From Gallionella sp. (GTDB lineage: Bacteria; Pseudomonadota; Gammaproteobacteria; Burkholderiales; Gallionellaceae): 42,447 bases of DNA. Made by a program: the position numbers and the translations under genes. The DNA is taken from contig JAVHSF010000322.1 in assembly GCA_036172035.1 (NCBI GenBank), positions 1 through 42,447 on the forward strand, in the 5' to 3' direction. The notes under the pieces are model-generated. The model saw nothing but the letters and a program-made list of their open reading frames with translations, was not told the origin of the DNA and searched no databases. This document shows positions 1 through 9,129 of the stretch, piece by piece (position 1 is the stretch's first letter; every line of letters starts with the position of its first letter).

Positions 1-54
1 TGGGTTCCCGCCTTCGCGGGAACGACAAAACCGAATAAATCAGTGCTTCCCTAG
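1..54. mobile_element. Right end of an IS5-like MITE (partial, runs off window start)
   Basis: 32-50 CGAATAAATCAGTGCTTCC followed by CTAG (51-54) is the exact reverse complement of the left end of the element at 35003-35025; internal REP-type hairpin GTTCCCGC-CTTC-GCGGGAAC at 4-23. Confidence 0.8.
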
Positions 55-1847
55 TAGCCCAGCGCCCTCGCGCCCTGATAAAACGCGAAACTCAGCAGCC
101 AGGCCAGCGTCAGCGACCAGACGATGGAAAACAGGGTGAAACCGTTGTGTTTGGATTCGCTCCTCAGCGTGGCGATGGTGGACAAACACGGCGTGTACAC
201 CAGCGTGAACAGCATGAAGCTGTAAGCCTGTACCCAGTCCAATTGTTGGCCGAGTGCGCCGCCCAGCGCATCGCCGCTCATGCCGTAAATCACCGCCAGC
301 GAGCCGATGACGATTTCCTTGGCGACGAAGCCGAAGATCAGGGCGATGGTGAGTTCCGGCGTGATGCCGAGGGGCGCGAACAAGGGGTGCAGCCAGTCGC
401 CCAGGATGCCGGCGTAGCTGTCAGGGCCGGCGGGTGCGGCGGAGAGCGGCAAATGGGTGAGCAGCCAGACCAGCACCACCCCGGCGATGATGAACTGGCT
501 GGCGCGGCGCAGGAAATGGGTGACTTCCTGCCAGCCGCGCAGCACCATCTGCAGCAAGGTGGGAAAGCGGTAGGGGGGCAGTTCCAGCACGAAAGGCTCG
601 CTGTTCTGGAATTTGTTTTTGAACAGCAGCGCGGTGAGTATCGCGGCGGCGAAGCTGAACAGATACAGGCTGAACAGCACCAGCGGGGCGGCACGGGGCG
701 AGAACAGCGCGGCGGTGATGAAGACGAATACCTGCAAACGCGCCGAACATAAGGAGAAGGGGATCACCAGCATGGTCAGCAGGCGCATCGCGCGCGAACG
801 CATTACGCGCGTCCCCATCAGCGCGGGTACGTTGCAGCCGAAGCCCATCAGCAGCATGACAAACCCGCGCCCGTCCAGCCCCATTTTGGCCATCAGCGCA
901 TCCATCAGGAAGGCGGCGCGCGACAAATAGCCGCTGTCCTCGACAATGGCCATCAACAAAAAGAACAGGATGATGATGGGGACAAAGGCGGCGACGGTCG
1001 CCACGCCGTTGTAGATGCCGTCCAGCAACAAGCCGTGCAGGAACGGCGGCAGTCCGTCCAGCAGCGGAACCAGTGCGGCCGCGCGCAACCAGGCGAGCAG
1101 GTCGGCGACCCCCGTTTGCAGCGGCAGACCGACCAGGAAGATGCCCTGAAACAGCAGGTACATGATGCCAAAAAAAATCGGCAGTCCCAGTAACGGATGC
1201 AGCATCACGCGGTCGAGTTTTTCGGTGAGGTTGACCGGCAGTTGCGCGGGGATTTGCACCGAGTGTTTCAGTACCCTGGCCATTTCGGTTTCAATCTGTC
1301 CGTCCTGCTCCAGCTGGCTGCGCACCTGGGCAGCCATGCCGGGCGTGGGGTAACGCAAGGCGCGGGTAATGGCTTTCAGGGATTCCGGGTAGCCCGTGCC
1401 ATATTTGCCGCTGAGCTGGAAGATAGGCACCCCCAGCATCGTTGCCATTTTGTCGCTGTCTATGGTGATGCCGTACTTTTTGGCTTCGTCTGACATATTC
1501 AGCAGCACGACAATATTCAGGTTGAGTTGCCTGAGTTGTAGCAACAGGCTGATCTGGCGTTCGATCTGCGTGGCGTTGAGAATTACCAGCGCCAGGTCGG
1601 GTACGTTGTCGTGCAGGAAGTGACGCACTACCTGTTCGTCGTCAGAAAACCCGTGCAGGTCGTAAATTCCAGGTAAATCAATTATTTGCACCATATCCGC
1701 GCCGAGCAGGATTTTGCCGTTGAGCAGTTCTACAGTGATGCCAGGCCAATTTCCCACCCGCGCAGCGCCGCCCGTCATGCGGTTGAATAAGGTGGATTTT
1801 CCGGTGTTTGGCATACCCAATAACGCGATGCGCTTCATGTTTTGCAT
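51..1847 (-). CDS. feoB: Ferrous iron transport protein B
   Basis: G1 GMPNTGKS, VGNWPGITVE, DLPG, NMSD, gate motifs GFGCNVPA and YTPC; start may be 1838 (MKRIALLG). Confidence 0.96.
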   Translation of the reverse strand: MQNMKRIALLGMPNTGKSTLFNRMTGGAARVGNWPGITVELLNGKILLGADMVQIIDLPGIYDLHGFSDDEQVVRHFLHDNVPDLALVILNATQIERQISLLLQLRQLNLNIVVLLNMSDEAKKYGITIDSDKMATMLGVPIFQLSGKYGTGYPESLKAITRALRYPTPGMAAQVRSQLEQDGQIETEMARVLKHSVQIPAQLPVNLTEKLDRVMLHPLLGLPIFFGIMYLLFQGIFLVGLPLQTGVADLLAWLRAAALVPLLDGLPPFLHGLLLDGIYNGVATVAAFVPIIILFFLLMAIVEDSGYLSRAAFLMDALMAKMGLDGRGFVMLLMGFGCNVPALMGTRVMRSRAMRLLTMLVIPFSLCSARLQVFVFITAALFSPRAAPLVLFSLYLFSFAAAILTALLFKNKFQNSEPFVLELPPYRFPTLLQMVLRGWQEVTHFLRRASQFIIAGVVLVWLLTHLPLSAAPAGPDSYAGILGDWLHPLFAPLGITPELTIALIFGFVAKEIVIGSLAVIYGMSGDALGGALGQQLDWVQAYSFMLFTLVYTPCLSTIATLRSESKHNGFTLFSIVWSLTLAWLLSFAFYQGARALGY

Positions 1848-2068
1848 ACCTTTATTTTGGCGGCTTCGGCGAGGCGCAGCAGGATGTCGGTGGTGCCGAT
1901 GCGCACTTGTAGCGGCCCCGAGAAGCTGGCTTTGCGTATCAACTCAATTTCGCTGCCAGAGCGAAAGCCCAGCGCCAGCAGGCGCTGATGCAACGCTTCT
2001 TCGGCGTGAATCGTGACGATGGTGGCGCTGTCGCCGACGCGGAGAGTGTCGAGTGTGATTGCGTGCAT
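1835..2068 (-). CDS. feoA: Ferrous iron transport protein A (SH3-like)
   Basis: QRLLALGF..G..IELIRKA.FSGPLQVRIG...LLR..EA.KI; overlaps feoB start; start trimmed to ATG at 2068. Confidence 0.92.
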   Translation of the reverse strand: MHAITLDTLRVGDSATIVTIHAEEALHQRLLALGFRSGSEIELIRKASFSGPLQVRIGTTDILLRLAEAAKIKVCKT

Positions 2069-2244
2069 GAGAGGTAGTGATTCAATATTTTCCCCATTAT
2101 TCCACAGCCATCCGGTTTTTGTCGCGTTAGCCATGTTCCGATTGAGAAATGACATCGTTTGAATGTCTGTTGAGTACCGCAAGCCCGCTTCCTTGGGTTA
2201 GAATGCGACCTTTGCTTTTGCTGGCCAGGAAAACGGGAATCAAG

Positions 2245-3129
2245 ATGATTAAGGGCAGTATTGTTGCAATCGTTACACCCATGCATGAAGACGGTAGCCT
2301 GGACTTGGCCGCTTTTCGTGCTTTGATTGATTTTCATGTCGAACAGGGTACGGATGCCATCGTCGTGGTCGGCACGACGGGTGAAGCGCCCACGGTCAAC
2401 CTGGAAGAACACGAATTACTGATTAGTACGGCGGTCAGGCACGCGGCCGGGCGCATTCCCATCATCGCGGGTACGGGGGCGAATTCGACCCGGGAAGCCA
2501 TCGAACTGGCTGCTTATTCGCAACGCGCGGGTGCGGATGCTTCGCTAACGGTTGTTCCTTATTACAATCGGCCCACGCAGGAAGGCATGTATTTGCACTT
2601 CAAAGCCATCGCGGAAGCGGTGGATATGCCGCATATCCTGTATAACGTGCCGGGGCGGACGGTTGCCGATATGCACAATGATACGGTGCTACGCCTGGCG
2701 CAGATACCCAATATCGTGGGTATCAAGGACGCGACCGGCAACATCGAGCGCGGAACGGATTTGCTGCAACGCGTACCCGACGACTTTGCCGTTTACAGCG
2801 GCGATGATGCCAGCACGCTGGCGCTGATGTTGCTGGGTGCGCACGGCACGATTTCGGTCACAGCCAATGTCGCGCCCAGGCTGATGCATGAAATGTGCGC
2901 GGCGGCTTTGCTGGGGGACGTTGCCCGCGCGCGGGAAATCAATTTCCGCTTGCTGGGGTTGCACCGCAAGCTGTTTGTCGAGGCGAATCCGATTCCGGTT
3001 AAATGGGCAGTGGCGCGGATGGGCAAGGTTGGTCTGACCCTGCGTCTGCCGTTGACCCCGTTATCAGCAGATTTACACGATGTCGTTGAACAGGCCATGC
3101 GTCAAGCTGGCGTACTTACAGAACACTAG
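2245..3129 (+). CDS. dapA: 4-hydroxy-tetrahydrodipicolinate synthase
   Basis: [21 protein letters not shown], Schiff-base GIKDATG; start trimmed to [12 protein letters not shown]; dapA-bamC synteny. Confidence 0.97.
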   Translation: MIKGSIVAIVTPMHEDGSLDLAAFRALIDFHVEQGTDAIVVVGTTGEAPTVNLEEHELLISTAVRHAAGRIPIIAGTGANSTREAIELAAYSQRAGADASLTVVPYYNRPTQEGMYLHFKAIAEAVDMPHILYNVPGRTVADMHNDTVLRLAQIPNIVGIKDATGNIERGTDLLQRVPDDFAVYSGDDASTLALMLLGAHGTISVTANVAPRLMHEMCAAALLGDVARAREINFRLLGLHRKLFVEANPIPVKWAVARMGKVGLTLRLPLTPLSADLHDVVEQAMRQAGVLTEH

Positions 3130-3148
3130 GATGGGTGGGGAATTGAAT

Positions 3149-4252
3149 ATGAAAGTATTGAAAATCGGCGTTTCCAGTGTCGTGCTGGTTTCTTTGGTGG
3201 GTTGCGGTGCCATGGGGTTGGGAAACAAGCGCATTGATTACCGGGCGGGTGCGGAGCAAGCGCCGACGCTGGAAATCCCGCCTGATTTGTCTACCCCTGA
3301 AACGGATAGTCGTTACAAGGTGGCGGACGGCGAGTCAGTCGCTTCTTATTCCGATTACGCCAAAGGGTCGGCTGCCAGTCCGGTGCAGGGTTCGGTCGCC
3401 AGTTCAGTCTTGCCAGCCGTGAAGGGCGTGAGTCTGGAACGCAACGGCACACAACGCTGGTTGCTGGTGCAAGAGCGTGCCGAAAACGTCTGGCCGGTGG
3501 TGATGGCATTCCTGCATGAGACGGGTTTGAACGTCAAGACAGAAAATCAGGCTGCCGGTATTATCGAAACGGATTGGGCCGAAAATCGTGCCAGCATTCC
3601 GCAGGGAGTGATACGCAGCACTATCGGTAAAGTGTTCGATGGCATGTACTCGTCCAACCAGCTCGATCAGTATCTCGTTCGTCTGGAGCGCGCCAAGGAC
3701 GGCGTGGGGACGGAAGTTTATATCACGCATCGCGGCAAGGAAGAGATGCTGGAAGCGGATGGTAGTGGTTCCCGGTGGCAAACACGCGACAGCGACCCGG
3801 CGCTGGAGGCAGAGATGCTGCAACGCCTGATGGTGCGTTTCGGTGGCGCTACGCCGGTGCAGGCGGCGGTTGCGACGGGTGAAGGTTCATCGGTTTCGAC
3901 GGGTACGGCTAGTTTGCTGGAAATATTTGATGGCAGTAGCGTTATTGTCATCAACGATGCGTTCGACAAGAGCTGGCGTAGAGTCGGGCTGGCAATCGAA
4001 CGTGCGGGTCTGGTGGTTGAAGACAAGGATCGTGAAAAAGGCGTTTATTATCTGCGTGCGGCTCAGGCAGAAAAGGGCTGGCTGGATACCCTGCAGTTCT
4101 GGAAGGACGATGCAGACAGCAATGTTCGTTATCGCGTGAGTGTCAAGGATGGTGGCGCGTCATGCGAGGTGTCGGTCACTGACCAGAACGGTGTCAGCAG
4201 TGATGCCAGCAAGCAGCGCCTTGCGGCGATTTACAAGAATATCAATCAATAA
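3149..4252 (+). CDS. bamC: Outer membrane protein assembly factor BamC (NlpB/DapX lipoprotein)
   Basis: Lipobox LVGC, LEIPPDL, GIIETDWAENRA, FDKSWRRVGLA; directly downstream of dapA. Confidence 0.9.
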   Translation: MKVLKIGVSSVVLVSLVGCGAMGLGNKRIDYRAGAEQAPTLEIPPDLSTPETDSRYKVADGESVASYSDYAKGSAASPVQGSVASSVLPAVKGVSLERNGTQRWLLVQERAENVWPVVMAFLHETGLNVKTENQAAGIIETDWAENRASIPQGVIRSTIGKVFDGMYSSNQLDQYLVRLERAKDGVGTEVYITHRGKEEMLEADGSGSRWQTRDSDPALEAEMLQRLMVRFGGATPVQAAVATGEGSSVSTGTASLLEIFDGSSVIVINDAFDKSWRRVGLAIERAGLVVEDKDREKGVYYLRAAQAEKGWLDTLQFWKDDADSNVRYRVSVKDGGASCEVSVTDQNGVSSDASKQRLAAIYKNINQ

Positions 4253-4292
4253 TGCTTGCCTGGGAGTCTGTTTGACTTAAAGGGAATCTGGT

Positions 4293-4336
4293 AATGGCGC
4301 GGTACGCTGATCGCAGCTGCCGCGCCATTTTTATTT
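4293..4336 (+). terminator. Probable intrinsic terminator after dapA-bamC
   Basis: Stem AATGGCGCGGTA-c-GCTG / CAGC-TGCCGCGCCATT with ATCG loop, followed by a T-rich tract. Confidence 0.6.
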
Positions 4337-4355
4337 GGGCAATCGAGATAACGTC

Positions 4356-5123
4356 ATGAGGTTCGCTTCTTTGGGTAGTGGCAGCAAGGGGAACGCGCTG
4401 CTGGTGAGTGCCGGGAAGACCCGGGTGCTGCTGGATTGCGGATTTGGCTTGAACGATAGCATCGCGCGGCTGGCGCGGCTGGGTGTGCTACCCGAACAGT
4501 TGGCTGGTATTCTGGTGACGCACGAGCATGGTGACCACATCGGCGGGGTGGCGCGTCTGGCGCGAAAATTCAACCTGCCCGTCTGGCTGACATATGGCAC
4601 GCTGTGCAGTCAACCGAAAGCCTTTGCTGGCATTGCGCAGTTGTATGAGATTGACCCGCATCAGGCATTCGCGGTGCAGGACATCGAAGTGTTGCCCTAT
4701 CCCGTGCCGCACGATGCCGTCGAACCGGTGCAATATGTGTTCGGCGATGGAGCGAGACGCTTGGGCGTGTTGACTGACGCGGGATGCGGCACGCCACACA
4801 TTGAAGCGATGCTGGACGGCTGCCACGCCTTGTTGCTGGAATGCAATCACGATGCCGGGATGTTGCAAAACGGGGATTACCCCTACCGTTTGAAGCAGCG
4901 CGTGGCGGGACGTTTCGGGCATTTGAGCAATGATGAGTCGGCCGGTTTGCTGGGTCGTCTTGATACCAGTCATTTGCAGCATTTGATCGCAGCCCACCTG
5001 AGTGAACAAAACAATACGCCCGAACTTGCCGTTAAGGCGTTGTGTGCGGCGATAAACTGTGAGGAAAGCTGGATTGGTGTGGCAAGCCAGCAAGAGGGGT
5101 TTGCCTGGCGGGAAATCATATAA
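4356..5123 (+). CDS. MBL-fold metallo-hydrolase (YycJ/WalJ-like)
   Basis: SLGSGSKGN, THEHGDH, VPHDA, ECNHD, GHLSN, AHLSEQNN. Confidence 0.9.
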   Translation: MRFASLGSGSKGNALLVSAGKTRVLLDCGFGLNDSIARLARLGVLPEQLAGILVTHEHGDHIGGVARLARKFNLPVWLTYGTLCSQPKAFAGIAQLYEIDPHQAFAVQDIEVLPYPVPHDAVEPVQYVFGDGARRLGVLTDAGCGTPHIEAMLDGCHALLLECNHDAGMLQNGDYPYRLKQRVAGRFGHLSNDESAGLLGRLDTSHLQHLIAAHLSEQNNTPELAVKALCAAINCEESWIGVASQQEGFAWREII

Positions 5124-5258
5124 GGCGAGAACAGGGAAATACCGCGCTTTTCAACCCTGCAAATAACATGTAAATTCATCATGTTAGGTGACATCAATAA
5201 GCAACGATGACATGGCCTGAAAATAGGTTCGCGCTATGCACTCGTTGGTTTTGAGCAA

Positions 5259-5289
5259 TAAAAAAGCCGACTTGCGTCGGCTTTTTTAT
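5259..5289. terminator. Bidirectional intrinsic terminator
   Basis: AAAAAAGCCGAC-TTGC-GTCGGCTTTTTT between convergent genes. Confidence 0.9.
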
Positions 5290-5307
5290 TGCTTGTGAGC
5301 GGGTTGC

Positions 5308-5538
5308 TTATTTTGCGGCAGGAGCAGCGTCAGCGGCAGGAGCAGCAGCAGCGTCAGCAGCAGGAGCAGCGTCAGCAGCAGGAGCAGCTTCAACAGCGGA
5401 TGCAGCAGCAGCAGGTGCTTCAACAGTAACAGTAGCAGCTGGAGTTTCGATAGTAACAGCAGGAGTTTCAGCAGCTTTTTCGCCACAGGCGGTCAAAGCA
5501 AGAGCCAACAGAGCAGCAACGAGAGCAGATAATTTCAT
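5308..5538 (-). CDS. Small Ala/Pro-rich lipoprotein, Neisseria H.8/Lip-like
   Basis: MKLSALVAALLALALTA-CGEKAAETPA (lipobox LTAC), AAPAAD repeats, ends AAK; AAGGA RBS; GCT/ACT/GTT-rich codons. Confidence 0.85.
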   Translation of the reverse strand: MKLSALVAALLALALTACGEKAAETPAVTIETPAATVTVEAPAAAASAVEAAPAADAAPAADAAAAPAADAAPAAK

Positions 5539-5610
5539 GGTCAATTTCCTTCGTACAGTTAATAAAAAGTTTTTTCGACTTGGTAAAGTCACCTAAATCA
5601 AAGTCGCAGC

Positions 5611-5619
5611 ATTCTAGCA
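5611..5619 (-). promoter_or_regulatory. Possible extended -10 promoter for the lipoprotein gene
   Basis: TGCTAGAAT on the minus strand about 75 nt upstream of the ATG, preceded by an AT-rich tract. Confidence 0.4.
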
Positions 5620-5660
5620 GGTAATTTTAAAAAAACCAGTGGCAACACAAATTATTTTTA

Positions 5661-6152
5661 TTAAAGTCCCAGCGTGGTTGTGGATAAGGCGGGGTGAGAA
5701 TTGGCCCACATTTCCAGATAACGCGATTGCAGGGTGCGTGCGTTTGACGGGTCGTTGATTGCCAGCAGGCCGCGCGGGTCATCAAAGTGATAACGGCGCA
5801 CATAATGCGCATTGTCTGCCACGCAAAATGGCGCGGTGATTGCTTGCAGGTTTTGGGCTGTACGGTGAATAAACATGCGGCTGTCAAACTGATGCAGCAA
5901 CATCGTCATGCGCGGACATAGCGTGGACAGATAGCAGCTGTCATGCGCCAGGACATATAGCTGACTGGACGGATCGGCTAGAAGGAAATGACGCAGTATC
6001 TCGTAACGCAATTCGGAGTTGAATCCCAAACCGTCATAATCCTTTTCGAAAAGATAGAGATGGTGTTGCGCCAGTTTGCATAGTGTATCGAGCGCAGATG
6101 AATAATCCGCCACGCCATCCAGGCGGGTATGTTGCGGCGCGTCTCCTGTCAT
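5661..6152 (-). CDS. Hypothetical protein coupled to the JmjC cupin gene
   Basis: 163 aa ORF; its ATG overlaps the cupin stop (ATGA 6149-6152); function not recognised. Confidence 0.75.
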   Translation of the reverse strand: MTGDAPQHTRLDGVADYSSALDTLCKLAQHHLYLFEKDYDGLGFNSELRYEILRHFLLADPSSQLYVLAHDSCYLSTLCPRMTMLLHQFDSRMFIHRTAQNLQAITAPFCVADNAHYVRRYHFDDPRGLLAINDPSNARTLQSRYLEMWANSHPALSTTTLGL

Positions 6153-7330
6153 GGCATTCGGACGAGATTGATAAAGCCGTCCAGATACCACTGGTAGAGC
6201 AATTCGATCAGGTCAACCGATGATTTTTCCTGTGATTTCCCCTGTGATTTTTGGGGGAGCGTCTCCGTGCTGAATGCCAGCGCAGGTAGTTCGTGCCGGT
6301 CTGCCAGTTCACGCAACAATTTGTAGTTGTCGCCAACGCCTGGAATTGCCTCGCCGTTCATGAAAATATCGTTGCCATGACACAGCATCTGGGTTTTCAG
6401 GTCGAGTACCAAGCCGTTGTTTTTCAGGTTCTTTTCAAACTTCTTCAGGCTCATCGGCGATTCGGGTACGTCAAAATAAATATGCGGTTTCGGTTCGCTC
6501 AGGTAACAGCCGAGGAAATTTGCGATGTCCTCCTTGTCCCAGCGCACCTGTTTGATGGCCTGTTCCACCTGGCGCAGCATCGCCGGGCTGATTTCGGAAG
6601 GATGCTGCTGCGTTTTCAGGTCAGGGTCGGCATACATGCCTGCCACTGCGATCCTGTCTTGTAGATATACCAGAAATTGCTCGGCCAGTTCCTGATAGGC
6701 GGGCGTGCGGAAACCGATGGAATAGGTCATGCAGTCGTCTTCGGCGATGCCGTTGTGCGCGCAGTGCGGCGGCAGATACAGCATGTCGCCGGGTGCCAAT
6801 ACCCACTCTTGTTCAACCTTGAAGTTTTTCAGAATGCGCAGCGGTGCGCCTTCAATCAATTCATGGTCGGACTGTGTGGAAATCTGCCAGCGTCGGTGTC
6901 CCATGCCTTGCAATAAAAATACGTCATATGAATCGAAATGCGGACCAACACCGCCCCCCCTGGGGGCGTAGCTCACCATCAGGTCGTCCAGCCGCGCATG
7001 GGGGATGAAAGCAAATTTTTTCAACAGTTCTGCGGCTTCCTGAAGATGGTGATTCAATCCTTGCACCAGCACCGTCCAGGGGAGCTTGCTCAAGCCTTTG
7101 AAGTGTTTTGCCGAGAAGGGTGACTGTCGTAGTTCAAATTGGTTGTGCGATTGCGTCACCAGGCGCGCCTGTACGTCCTCGGTGCAGGCCAGCTCGATTG
7201 TTTGTTGCGGGCTGAGCAGCCCGTTGAATTGCGGCAAGGCAGCGCGTATCAGTAAGGGCTTTTTTTGCCAGTAGTCGCGAAGAAACTCATTGACGCTGAG
7301 ATTGCCAAGCAGGGGGAGTGTGTTTTTCAT
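6149..7330 (-). CDS. roxA: JmjC/cupin 2-oxoglutarate oxygenase, RoxA/YcfD family
   Basis: FLRDYWQKKPLLIR, RLDDLMVSYA..GGGVGPHFDSYDVFLLQG.G.RRW, PGDMLYLPP..AHNG, TYSIGFR. Confidence 0.88.
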   Translation of the reverse strand: MKNTLPLLGNLSVNEFLRDYWQKKPLLIRAALPQFNGLLSPQQTIELACTEDVQARLVTQSHNQFELRQSPFSAKHFKGLSKLPWTVLVQGLNHHLQEAAELLKKFAFIPHARLDDLMVSYAPRGGGVGPHFDSYDVFLLQGMGHRRWQISTQSDHELIEGAPLRILKNFKVEQEWVLAPGDMLYLPPHCAHNGIAEDDCMTYSIGFRTPAYQELAEQFLVYLQDRIAVAGMYADPDLKTQQHPSEISPAMLRQVEQAIKQVRWDKEDIANFLGCYLSEPKPHIYFDVPESPMSLKKFEKNLKNNGLVLDLKTQMLCHGNDIFMNGEAIPGVGDNYKLLRELADRHELPALAFSTETLPQKSQGKSQEKSSVDLIELLYQWYLDGFINLVRMP

Positions 7331-7337
7331 GCGCGGC

Positions 7338-7343
7338 ATTATA
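7338..7343 (-). promoter_or_regulatory. -10 box 7 nt upstream of the cupin ATG
   Basis: Minus strand TATAAT-GCCGCGC-ATG(7330); no Shine-Dalgarno in between. Confidence 0.5.
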
Positions 7344-7455
7344 GCCTCGCCGTGTTCGCCAGGCTCGTGGTAATTGCCGGGGGCGTGGTAATTATTTATT
7401 AGGAAGCGCAGGGCAAAATGTTTACAATGCCGCGATGCGCGCAGCTGCAAGCGCC

Positions 7456-7496
7456 TGTTAAAGACCGAAATTGTTAAAGACCAAAATTGTTAAAGA
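7456..7496 (+). repeat. 16-bp tandem direct repeat (about 2.6 copies) upstream of slyD
   Basis: TGTTAAAGACCGAAAT / TGTTAAAGACCAAAAT / TGTTAAAGA. Confidence 0.9.
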
Positions 7497-7515
7497 TTAG
7501 AGATAAGGAATTGAA

Positions 7516-8004
7516 ATGAAGATTGCAAAAAACTCCGTGGTATCGCTGCGCTATGAATTGATTGATGAGGCTACCGGCGAACTGGTTGAAAAGGTCGAAG
7601 AACCGGTAAGCTACCTGCACGGTGGTTATGACGGTATTTTTCCGTTGGTTGAGGAAGCGCTGCACGGCAAGCGTGTCGGCGATGAATGCAGTGTCACGTT
7701 GCAGCCGGATGATGCTTTTGGTGAATACGAACACGAACTGGTTGAAGTCGAGCCGCGCAGTTCTTTCCCCGAAGACATCGAAGTCGGGATGCAATTTGAA
7801 GGCGCGCCCGAAGAGTCTGACGACGAAGATTTTATTTTGTACACCGTGCTGGAAGTCAGTGACGACGAAGTCACGGTAGACGGTAATCATCCGCTCGCTG
7901 GCAAAACGTTGACGTTTAGCTGCGAAGTGACTGGCGTGCGTCCGGCTACGGCTGAAGAGCTGGAACATGAGCATGTACACGACGAAGGCGGTCATTTGCA
8001 CTAA
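7516..8004 (+). CDS. slyD: FKBP-type peptidyl-prolyl isomerase SlyD
   Basis: YLHGGYDGIFP.VE.AL.GK, AFGEY, VDGNHPLAGK.L.F, His-rich tail EHEHVHDEGGHLH; AAGGA RBS. Confidence 0.93.
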   Translation: MKIAKNSVVSLRYELIDEATGELVEKVEEPVSYLHGGYDGIFPLVEEALHGKRVGDECSVTLQPDDAFGEYEHELVEVEPRSSFPEDIEVGMQFEGAPEESDDEDFILYTVLEVSDDEVTVDGNHPLAGKTLTFSCEVTGVRPATAEELEHEHVHDEGGHLH

Positions 8005-8025
8005 GCGGGATGGTTGGCTGATGGT

Positions 8026-8061
8026 AAACGGGGGGCATGAAATCATGCCCCCCGTTTTTTA
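8026..8061. terminator. Intrinsic terminator between slyD and the convergent glycosyltransferase gene
   Basis: AAACGGGGGGCATGA-AA-TCATGCCCCCCGTTT perfect inverted repeat plus T run. Confidence 0.88.
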
Positions 8062-9129
8062 TGCCAGCTTTTCTGCTATCCAGCCAGCGACTTGTTGCGC
8101 GCCGGCAGGAATGACGGGGGCGAGGCCGGGTGCGGACCAGAGTTGCTCGAGTTGTGCGGAAAAATCGCCATGATTCAAGGCATCGGGAGAAATTTCACAG
8201 CTCCGGCCATACCGTTGCAGCCATTCGATCAAGGGCGGTGATTCCGGCCAGTCGGGGCGACCGACATAGAGTACCGGTACGCCACAACACGCGGCCTCAA
8301 CGAAACTGCCGTAACCCGGTTTGCACAGCAGCGCATCGCTGCTGGCCAGCAAGTCGCCAAAGCTCATGGGTAACGATTCGAGGATGATGGCATCGGGGTG
8401 GTCGGTTTGCCAGCTTGCCTGCACCAGATAACGCAGGCTCGCTATGCGCGGCCAGTCTTCGACGGGTAAACGGCTGGCGATGCCGCCCATGCTTACCAGC
8501 ACCAGTTTTTCCTGTTGCGATAGTTTCAGGTGAGAGTTAAGTTCGTCGCGCCGGTTCCTGCCAATATCGGCGATGGGCGCGACAGGAATCAGGTTGGTCA
8601 GGTCTTGCATCGCCATGCCCGGCGTGGCGCGCAGGAAGGCATCGGCATTCGCGTAGCAGGACTGGATTTGTCTGGTGATCGTGCCGTCGCCGCAATAGTG
8701 CAGGAAGATGTCCGCCCAATTCAGCGAACACAGTGCCGCATTGGCAATGCCGGCCTGTTGTGCGCCCGCCAGGGGCAGATAGCCGACGTTGGAAAAGACC
8801 ATGTCCGCACCGAGTTCGCGCAACAGATGCGCCTCATTTGCCACACGAGCAGGCCAGTCGGCATGAAATGCGCTATATGCCGCGCGGCTTTCCTCGGCGC
8901 GGACGTGCAGCGCGGAAGACATCACCATGCCGATGTCGCCTTCGCTCGGCAGATGGGCAAAGGGCGCATGGATGCGGGTACGCAAATGCGTGAGTGGTGC
9001 GCTCGAACGTACCGTGAGCCGGACTTCGGGACGCAATTTGTGTAGCGCATTCAGTATGGGTGCGGTCTGTGCGACATGACCGAAGCCGTGGCCGGAAATG
9101 GAAACAACGAGGTGAGGTGCGTGGCGCAT
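8059..9129 (-). CDS. GT-B fold glycosyltransferase-like protein
   Basis: ISGHGFGH N-terminal motif, LVSMGG, DLL...D..LCKPGYGSFVEA nucleotide-sugar binding segment. Confidence 0.75.
   Translation of the reverse strand: MRHAPHLVVSISGHGFGHVAQTAPILNALHKLRPEVRLTVRSSAPLTHLRTRIHAPFAHLPSEGDIGMVMSSALHVRAEESRAAYSAFHADWPARVANEAHLLRELGADMVFSNVGYLPLAGAQQAGIANAALCSLNWADIFLHYCGDGTITRQIQSCYANADAFLRATPGMAMQDLTNLIPVAPIADIGRNRRDELNSHLKLSQQEKLVLVSMGGIASRLPVEDWPRIASLRYLVQASWQTDHPDAIILESLPMSFGDLLASSDALLCKPGYGSFVEAACCGVPVLYVGRPDWPESPPLIEWLQRYGRSCEISPDALNHGDFSAQLEQLWSAPGLAPVIPAGAQQVAGWIAEKLA

Noticed and set aside
2075-2165. Fur box upstream of feoA
   Set aside because: The best candidate (AAATGACATCGTTT) needs a gap and several mismatches to GATAATGATAATCATTATC
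2149-2244. N-terminal extensions in the ORF track (dapA, bamC, cupin, fabI, rlmJ, uvrC and others)
   Set aside because: They overlap promoters or neighbouring genes; family-typical N-termini begin at the downstream starts used here
5308-5470. CRISPR-like or non-coding tandem repeat
   Set aside because: The repeats are in-frame codon repeats of the lipoprotein; no unique spacers and no cas genes
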